The position numbers and the translations under genes were made by a program. This document shows, one piece after another, positions 57,228 through 64,000 of a stretch of 64,000 bases of DNA. How positions within the stretch are numbered: the first letter of the stretch is position 1; each line of letters begins with the position of its first letter. Source of the stretch: an uncultured Desulfobacteraceae bacterium (GTDB lineage: Bacteria; Desulfobacterota; DSM-4660; Desulfatiglandales; HGW-15). The notes beneath the pieces were generated by a model. That model was not told the origin of the DNA. It did no database searches and worked only from the letters and a program-made list of their open reading frames with translations. The stretch covers positions 14,469 to 78,468 of the forward strand of contig CAYWMP010000004.1 of NCBI GenBank assembly GCA_964459445.1, in the 5' to 3' direction.

Positions 57228-58445
57228 TCAATATAGAAATCCAAATAGCCATAATGGTATAAAATTCCCATGTCCTATTTCTATGTCGTCCTTCACGATG
57301 AAGGCGTCTTCCTCAGCGCCTGCGATTTGTCCTTTCCCCTTCTTTTTTCCCCCAATTTCGAAGAGGTATCTGCCTTCAACCAGAAAGTCCCCCTGATTGG
57401 GAATTCGCATACTCAACCCAGCGGCCTTGAGCTGATGTGCAAAAAAGGTCTCACGTGCTGCACCCTCCTGGTTTCTTAAGCCGATTTCCCCAACCACGGC
57501 CCTCAAGAGATTTGTGTTGTCCATGTAGACCTTTGAGGGCTTGCGTATGAGTCTGTAACCCGTCAAGGAAGGCAAAAGGCTCAGGAGCAAACCAGCCCGC
57601 TCCAAGGAGTCCAAATAATTATACACGTATTCCTTGGAGATTCTTAGATCTCGGGACATTCTCTCGATATTCGGTGTAAAAGGTTGTGAGGTGGCGATAA
57701 GCCACAATATGCGTTTCAGGACAGGAATGCTGGAGGGTTTGATGCCCGTCACCACAAGGATGTCTTCATAGAGGACCTTTTCAATAACGTTTAGGAGCTT
57801 GGGAAAGTACTCTTCACGTCCCTCAAGGAAGAAGGGATAAACACCATAGTTCATGTATTCCTTGAAATGACCTAAAATCGGTCCTCTTGTCAAGATCTCT
57901 GAAGCTATGGCCGCATGATCTTCTAGGACACTCTGTAATGAAACCGGCAGCATCCTCAATCCATGAGCAAAATGAAGGTATTCGCGAAACGACAAACCGG
58001 GGAGCGTATAAAAGACCGCTCGTCTCGAAAGATCGCCTTTTCCCTTTTGAAGGGCCAGAGTGGAACTTCCGGAAAAAAAGATCTTTGCCCCTGGAAAAGA
58101 GTCATACAGATTCTTCAACTCCTGCTGCCAATTAGTATACTTGTGCACTTCATCAATAATAATCTTTTCACCCCCGAGGCGAAAGAAACTCGAGGCGATT
58201 TCGTAGAGTCCCACGGACTGCACATGGATATGGTCTGCGGAGATGAAGAGTTCCCGCTGCTCTCGGGTGTCAGTTTCTGCAAGGTGCTGAAGCAGCATGG
58301 TTGTCTTGCCGGTTCCCCTACTCCCGACAATACCCATAAGAGGCGTATTCCAGTCGATACCGGAGTATAAAAACCGTTTTCGATCCCTGGTCACACTGGC
58401 AACGAGGCTCGTTTGAATGCCAAAAAACTCACTTAGGTCCAGCAA
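57228..58445 (-). CDS. AAA+ ATPase of the DUF4143/COG1373 type
   Basis: Walker A GSRGTGKTT, Walker B IIIDEVH, and a C-terminal region typical of the ~400-aa orphan ATPase family. Confidence 0.7.
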   Translation of the reverse strand: MLDLSEFFGIQTSLVASVTRDRKRFLYSGIDWNTPLMGIVGSRGTGKTTMLLQHLAETDTREQRELFISADHIHVQSVGLYEIASSFFRLGGEKIIIDEVHKYTNWQQELKNLYDSFPGAKIFFSGSSTLALQKGKGDLSRRAVFYTLPGLSFREYLHFAHGLRMLPVSLQSVLEDHAAIASEILTRGPILGHFKEYMNYGVYPFFLEGREEYFPKLLNVIEKVLYEDILVVTGIKPSSIPVLKRILWLIATSQPFTPNIERMSRDLRISKEYVYNYLDSLERAGLLLSLLPSLTGYRLIRKPSKVYMDNTNLLRAVVGEIGLRNQEGAARETFFAHQLKAAGLSMRIPNQGDFLVEGRYLFEIGGKKKGKGQIAGAEEDAFIVKDDIEIGHGNFIPLWLFGFLY

Positions 58446-58824
58446 TTGTATCTCCTCCGTAAATCAAAATGAACGTTTATTTGCAAAAATCGTCGAGTAG
58501 ACTTTACGGTATTAGGTGTATATTGTCAAGTGTGTCGAACGGAAGGCTCCGTCCTGGCTGGATGAAAATCCCCTATTCGTGGAAAATCCGACGGTACAGG
58601 TTTCTTTCTCATGCCGCCGATGCCCTTCACTCCGGGCTCTTTGCTATGCGCTGGTGAAATTCCGTCAAACCTTTGGCGGAATTTCCTCATATTGACAATT
58701 GGAAATCAGAATTTTCCATAAATACTCCAAGGTAACTCGATAGGGCTTTCGTCGATTAATCTCATCTGATTGGAATCATTTACTATTGCTGGAATTTGAT
58801 TTTATTCCTCAGCATGCCCCCTAT

Positions 58825-58840
58825 TGGCATCCCTGTTGCT
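58825..58840 (+). promoter_or_regulatory. Candidate sigma54 (-24/-12) promoter
   Basis: TGGCATCCCTGTTGCT fits TGGCAC-N5-TTGCW with exact GG/GC spacing. It lies 123 nt upstream of ATG 58963. Confidence 0.55.
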
Positions 58841-58962
58841 ATAAGAAATAGATGACCGGAGTCTCTTCCCGTGGCTACTTCAAACCCGATAGACTACAAA
58901 TGAAAACCTTAAGCGATAAGAGAGCCAAACTGTTAAGGAACTAAACCGCCAAACAACTGGTT

Positions 58963-60012
58963 ATGGAATCGACCGCTCTGAGAAAAGGAAAGAGAATCGT
59001 GACCTGGAAAAAGATGACCATAGTCCTGATGCCCGAAGACACGAATGAACTCAGACATTTCAGAGTTCCGAGGATCCTCTTGTTTTTATTCATACCTATT
59101 ATGCTCATCTCCTTAACAACCCCTGTCTGGTTCATTCGCGATTATCTCTCCCTCAAGGCACAGATTCCAAAGCTGGCAAAAATGGAACAGGAAAGCCAAT
59201 TCCAGGAAGGGCATTTTATCAAGTTGGCTGGGCGAATCAAACAATTGGCCTATAAAGTAAAGGCTTTAACCGAGTTTGATTACAAGCTGAAGGCCCTGGC
59301 CGGCTTGGAGAAAACCGATGCAGAAGCAGATCATAGGGGAATGGGCGGATCCCCCATGCATCTTGATGACGGGGATTTTCTCGAATCCGAAAAACAGGGG
59401 ATTCAAGAAAAAACAGCAAAAAGCCAGACACAAGACAAGTCCGCTGAAGAACCAAACAGGTCGATACTTTCAAGTCTTCCGAATATCCCTCTTAAACATG
59501 AAACGCAAAATCCGGATACCCGGCCTGATTTTAAACCCATGGTAAGGCAAAAGATCAAACGCACTGCTGGAGTGGGAAAGGACAAGATAGAAAGGCATCA
59601 AACTAAAACATACGCCAGTCCAGTGGCCGTTAAGCCAAGTCCCTTGAGAAAGAAAACGGAGAATGACAGACCTAAGATAAGCGACATCCCTTTGCTTCAA
59701 ACGAAAAAGGCATACTCGGTTCAGGTAGGGGCATTCCTTGTGAAAGAAAACGCGGAAAGGCTGGCGGCTCGTCTCAGGCAAAGAGGGTACAATCCCTATG
59801 TGAAGGGGCTCTTAGACAGATTGGAAAAGGAATGGCACACCGTGAGGCTTAGGGATTTCACTGATTTCGAGGAGGCCCTTCGTTTGGCGGAAACATACAG
59901 AATTCAAGAAGGGAAGCTGGCCATCGTGACCCCCCTTGATTCACTTACCCAGATAATCTCCAATCGCACCAAGCGCCCAGCTTCCACGCAATTGAGTTCT
60001 ACGGGAGACTGA
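58963..60012 (+). CDS. SPOR-domain membrane protein
   Basis: TM segment ILLFLFIPIMLISL, charged linker, and C-terminal YSVQVGAFLVKENAERLAARLRQRGYNPYV...VRL. Confidence 0.7.
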   Translation: MESTALRKGKRIVTWKKMTIVLMPEDTNELRHFRVPRILLFLFIPIMLISLTTPVWFIRDYLSLKAQIPKLAKMEQESQFQEGHFIKLAGRIKQLAYKVKALTEFDYKLKALAGLEKTDAEADHRGMGGSPMHLDDGDFLESEKQGIQEKTAKSQTQDKSAEEPNRSILSSLPNIPLKHETQNPDTRPDFKPMVRQKIKRTAGVGKDKIERHQTKTYASPVAVKPSPLRKKTENDRPKISDIPLLQTKKAYSVQVGAFLVKENAERLAARLRQRGYNPYVKGLLDRLEKEWHTVRLRDFTDFEEALRLAETYRIQEGKLAIVTPLDSLTQIISNRTKRPASTQLSSTGD

Positions 60013-60076
60013 TTGCAAAAGTAAGGCCTCAACCAGCTTCATCTTCAACTTTTCCTCTTCATCCACCAGGAGTTTT

Positions 60077-61591
60077 CTATTCCGAAAGGATAGAATCACC
60101 CCCGATAGTTTCCATTAGTTTTTGCACGATTTCTTTATCCAGCTTACCGTCTTCCACCTCTTGATAAAGGATTTCGAGGGCCTTTTCTTTGGTCATGGCC
60201 TTGCGGTAGGGTTTGTCGGTGGTCATGGCATCATACATATCCGCGACGGTCATAATCTGTGAAGGGATCGTGAGTTCTTCGCCGCTTAGGCCGTCCGGAT
60301 AACCCGAGCCATCCAGTCTCTCATGGTGATGCCGAATGATATCCAGAGCAGGGCCCAGATTCTTGGCCAAGGGGAGACAACTTCTGTAACCCACATCAGT
60401 ATGCCCCTTGACAACTTCCCACTCTTGGTCATTGAGAGTACTCGGCTTATTCAAGATGTCGCCGGATACCCCGATCTTCCCTATGTCATGGAGGATGCCC
60501 CCGAGTCTCAGGGCCTGGATATCGGTCTCGGGGAGGCCCATGGTGCGCCCCAAGGCTACGGCCATACTCGCCACTCTTTGGACATGTCCCTGCGAAGAAT
60601 CGTCTTTTGCCTCTGCCGCATTTGCGAGGGACATCAGAACTTTCTCAACCGTAGTCAAGCTATTATTAAGATATTTTATCCTCAAAAGAGATTTCACCCG
60701 GGCTTGAAGCTCCACCCTTTTGGGTGGTTTTGTAACGAAATCATCGGCGCCGTACTCCAGGGCTTTGACCTTTGCCTTGGTATCATTCAAGGCAGTCACC
60801 ATCACCACGGGGATAAGGTTTGTGGCTTCACTTTGTTTCAAACGACGACAAACCTCATAACCATCTATGCCGGGCATCATGATATCCAGAAGGACGAGAT
60901 CCACACCCATATTATTGACAATGGACAGGGCTTCTTCTCCGTCATATGCCTTTACGATCTCGTAGCTTGAATGAAAGAGATAGGCCTCCATCAGTTTGAC
61001 GTTGGTTGGGTCATCATCCACAATCAGAATAGTTGGTTTGGAATGAGACTGCGGTGTATCTTCTTCGAAATAGTAGAGATTGTTCTTACCCATCATCTTG
61101 GCATGCAGTAAAGCCTCTTCCGCCTTGCTCAAAAGCCCCTCCTGGCTCTTGGCATTAGCAGGGTGGCTGGCAAGACCCACACTGACGGTCGGTTCGCTAT
61201 CAAAGGTCCTTTTTACGGCCTCCCTGATTCTCTCTGCAGCTTCAGCGGCCGGGGCGATATCTGATTTTGTATAGATGACAGCAAAGACATCCCCCGAGAA
61301 CCTGGCAGCAATATCCACTTGTCGGATGTTATTCTTGACTATCTCAGCAACTCCCTTCAACACGCGATCGCCCTTGCAGTGGTCATGGCGTCTGTTAAAA
61401 CTCGCAAAAGCGTCAATATCGAACAGGGCCAGGGTCACCGGTTCACCATATCTCATGGATCTCCCGATTTCCATGCCCAATGATATCGAGAAAAACCCGT
61501 GGTTGAAAAGACCGGTGAGGCTGTCCGTTATCGGAGAATCCACCTCCTCTTCATACCTCTTTATAGATGCTGCATCGTTTAACATCGCCAT
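60077..61591 (-). CDS. Degenerate GGDEF - receiver - HD-GYP c-di-GMP phosphodiesterase
   Basis: GGDEF fold with SGDVF in place of GGDEF, preceded by RQVD (RxxD). REC ILIVDDD..LLDIMMPGIDG. HD-GYP ILHDIGKI..HHERLDGSGYPDGL. Confidence 0.8.
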   Translation of the reverse strand: MAMLNDAASIKRYEEEVDSPITDSLTGLFNHGFFSISLGMEIGRSMRYGEPVTLALFDIDAFASFNRRHDHCKGDRVLKGVAEIVKNNIRQVDIAARFSGDVFAVIYTKSDIAPAAEAAERIREAVKRTFDSEPTVSVGLASHPANAKSQEGLLSKAEEALLHAKMMGKNNLYYFEEDTPQSHSKPTILIVDDDPTNVKLMEAYLFHSSYEIVKAYDGEEALSIVNNMGVDLVLLDIMMPGIDGYEVCRRLKQSEATNLIPVVMVTALNDTKAKVKALEYGADDFVTKPPKRVELQARVKSLLRIKYLNNSLTTVEKVLMSLANAAEAKDDSSQGHVQRVASMAVALGRTMGLPETDIQALRLGGILHDIGKIGVSGDILNKPSTLNDQEWEVVKGHTDVGYRSCLPLAKNLGPALDIIRHHHERLDGSGYPDGLSGEELTIPSQIMTVADMYDAMTTDKPYRKAMTKEKALEILYQEVEDGKLDKEIVQKLMETIGGDSILSE

Positions 61592-61908
61592 GTTCTTTCC
61601 CTCGCTTATTTGAGTTTCAGAGAAGAGTCAAAAGGCTCTTTTGCAAAGAGAGCCCCTTATCTCAGTGAACTTATCCCTTCCCCGAAGGAATTCAACTTCG
61701 CGACCTTAGAGAGCAAGGTCACGCATAAATCATCTGACCCTCGAGCTGTTTGTTGGCGAGAAACGTCTCTCGACCTGAGCAACGAGGGCATTTAAAATTA
61801 CATTCACATTTGGGAGGTTTTTGTCAGTGATTTCAAAATGCAAATATCAATCATAATATCGGTAAAGAACCGAAAAAACTTTAATATTAAACGCCCAATT
61901 CTCGGAAT

Positions 61909-64000
61909 TCATGGGGTGTTCTCAATTTCCGGCGTTTGCCTCAGAGCCTTTGCAGCCCTGGAAATGGCGTTCGAGTGAGACCTTTTCTTATTTCCGGGCT
62001 TTCCACTATCAGCCCAACTGCCGTTCTCATTAAGTTGCACGGCGGCATCACCCCTCTTATTGTGGGAGACATGGAGTCCCATGGACCCGGAGCTCTTGTA
62101 TGAATCTTTTAGTGCATTGGAGACTAAGCCAAGGGCATCCCTGTTTCCGACAAGGTGATGGGAATCATCTTGAGATACCTCGTCTTCTTCAGAAATAGCT
62201 GATGCTGTTTTGTGTAACTTCGACCCTTCCGATTTCGGTCTTTCTGGCTCAGCGCTCCCGGGGAAGGGGGCATATAATGCATCAACCTCTGGCATGGGAG
62301 CAGCCTGGTCTGGTGAAAGGGCTATGTTCATCGGGTCAGCGGTTTTGCTGGATTCGGCGCTGTCCACTATTTCTTTTGTATCTCCCTGGCCAAGGGGGGC
62401 ATCGTGGCCGTCATGCCCTGTTGAACCGGCTTCATCAACATGGGACGCCGTCTGCACCTGACGGAGGACATTATCATCGGCATCGGCTAATGTTAAGCCG
62501 GGCTCTGCAACTGGGTGGGTTGCGTTTCCCTTCGACGTGATCCTGTTATCCACTGCCGTGACTTCTGAAATTTCATCAATGGCGCCGGGGTTGGCTTGTC
62601 TCAAACAGACGACACGATTACGTCCGCCGTCCTTTGCAGCATAGAGGGACTTATCGGCCCGGTCGATGAGTTCCGACACATCGCCGACGCCGGAATCTAC
62701 ACAGGAAACACCAAAACTGGCGGTGACGGATATGCCCGAGAAATCGTAAGATTCTATCCCCCGTCGGTAGCGTTCCGCTGCCTGGAGGGCGCCATCGATG
62801 TCAATGTGCGGCAAAACAATGCAGAACTCCTCGCCGCCGTACCGGCCAATGGCGTCGGATTTTCGCAACAGCGAGGTAAGAACGCTGGCCACACCCTTAA
62901 GCACCCGATCTCCGGCAGCATGTCCGTGGGTGTCGTTAATATTCTTAAAGTGATCGATGTCGAGCATGATGCAGGACAGATCATGGCCGTATCGCTTGGA
63001 TGAACTGAAATCTATTTCAAATCTCTCAAAAAAGGAGCGCCGGTTCAGGCAGCCGGTCAGGGGGTCCGTTGTGGCAAGAATCTTGAGTTCCTTGTTCTTA
63101 CTACGTATCTCATCGCGGGACTTCTCGAGCTTTTTCAACATGACTTGAAGCTGTTCATTTTGCTCTTCCATTTTGGTCACGTCATCGAATGTCGCCAATG
63201 CCCCCCGGCAGTTCCCCCCGTCATCAAGAATAGGCGCCCCATTAACCATAAACGTTTGCCATTGGCCTGCTGCCGTGGGCAGGCCCAGTCGGAGGCCGGA
63301 GTGGCTTTGTTTATCACTCAGTGCCTGAATCCAGGGAAACTCTTGGGCTGCTTCTTTGGATTGCGGCAGGGTCCAGTTCAACTTCGTGGCCTTGACCCCC
63401 AGCAACGACGAGGCGGGTTGGCCGACTTTCTTCGCAAAGGCGGCATTGGCCAGGACAATGCGTTCGTTCTTGTCCACGATGACAATGCCTTCCGACAAGG
63501 TGTCCAGGGCCGCTTTGACTCGGGGTGGTACGACAGAGGAGGGATCTAAATGCCGAAGCGTTTTCTTCAAGAAGAAACGGTATACGACGAAGCCCGCAAG
63601 AAGGAAAAACAGAATCAACCTGACAAGCGTTCCCATCAGAATTCCTGAAATGCCTCTTCCGCCGATCTGCTTGAAGCGGACCTCGATCATGCCCCAGAGC
63701 CTGTCCTCATTGAAGACGGGGACGCGAACGTTTGTCGATGAAGACGCCTTTATGTGGGTCCCTTTCCAGTTTGCGCTGTGATCCCCTGCCTGTACCAGGA
63801 GTTTCCCGCCCACTCTGAAGGCTGCTGCGGAGAGGATGTCCTCATTCCTTTTCACCAGAGCTTCCACAGTATTCCGAATCGTCTCGGCATCGTCCCTTTG
63901 AGCCGCTACCGAGCAATGCACCGCCAGTGATTCGAGGGTCTTCTTTCTCTCATCAAGAACGACCTTGGAGCGGTTTGGAATGAGGCCGATCAGATCGGCG
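61909..64000 (-). CDS. Membrane sensor PAS-GGDEF diguanylate cyclase with a long low-complexity C-terminal tail; 5' end beyond the window
   Basis: Frame stays open to nt 64000. TM segment, PAS-like region, TDPLTGCLNRR..RKSD..RYGGEEFCIVL, then a ~230-aa Ser/Asp/Ala/Pro-rich tail. Confidence 0.8.
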   Translation of the reverse strand, partial: ADLIGLIPNRSKVVLDERKKTLESLAVHCSVAAQRDDAETIRNTVEALVKRNEDILSAAAFRVGGKLLVQAGDHSANWKGTHIKASSSTNVRVPVFNEDRLWGMIEVRFKQIGGRGISGILMGTLVRLILFFLLAGFVVYRFFLKKTLRHLDPSSVVPPRVKAALDTLSEGIVIVDKNERIVLANAAFAKKVGQPASSLLGVKATKLNWTLPQSKEAAQEFPWIQALSDKQSHSGLRLGLPTAAGQWQTFMVNGAPILDDGGNCRGALATFDDVTKMEEQNEQLQVMLKKLEKSRDEIRSKNKELKILATTDPLTGCLNRRSFFERFEIDFSSSKRYGHDLSCIMLDIDHFKNINDTHGHAAGDRVLKGVASVLTSLLRKSDAIGRYGGEEFCIVLPHIDIDGALQAAERYRRGIESYDFSGISVTASFGVSCVDSGVGDVSELIDRADKSLYAAKDGGRNRVVCLRQANPGAIDEISEVTAVDNRITSKGNATHPVAEPGLTLADADDNVLRQVQTASHVDEAGSTGHDGHDAPLGQGDTKEIVDSAESSKTADPMNIALSPDQAAPMPEVDALYAPFPGSAEPERPKSEGSKLHKTASAISEEDEVSQDDSHHLVGNRDALGLVSNALKDSYKSSGSMGLHVSHNKRGDAAVQLNENGSWADSGKPGNKKRSHSNAISRAAKALRQTPEIENTP

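Noticed and set aside
1-64000. CRISPR arrays, rRNA genes, transposases, integrases, prophage or toxin-antitoxin modules.
   Set aside because: I found no regularly spaced direct repeats with unique spacers, and no ORF with transposase, integrase or phage signatures in the six-frame track.

Overview
Chromosomal segment from a strictly anaerobic bacterium. By gene content it looks Desulfobacterota/Syntrophia-like; this is inference, and no rRNA is present to confirm it. The window is dominated by core energy metabolism. It carries an Hdr/Mvh-type flavoprotein cluster, including an HdrA split by an in-frame UGA (selenocysteine). There are two four-subunit 2-oxoacid:ferredoxin oxidoreductase operons and an ADP-forming acyl-CoA synthetase. 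A TAXI-TRAP transporter sits next to an RpiR regulator. An NAD-linked formate dehydrogenase (fdhA plus nuoE/nuoF-like genes) has an embedded sensor/regulator gene set. A cytochrome c3 - rnfCDGEAB cluster has an atypical RnfC and an RnfB-GltD fusion. Also present are the def-fmt-rsmB-rpe housekeeping block, two tRNA-Ser genes and two c-di-GMP signalling genes. I saw no CRISPR array, transposase, integrase or prophage genes. The most unusual non-coding signal is a family of long imperfect hairpins. Each is built from its own short stuttered word, and they sit in many spacers, several of them inside operons. One hairpin (between the two tRNA-Ser genes) encloses a four-helix-bundle gene of the 23S-rRNA-intervening-sequence protein family; the others are empty. 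One empty hairpin has 25 contiguous pairs whose only non-Watson-Crick pairs are G-U on the sense strand. A 79-bp perfect repeat with two terminator-like hairpins occurs twice, 34.6 kb apart. All calls come from reading the ORF translations and the DNA by eye; no searches or folding programs were run.
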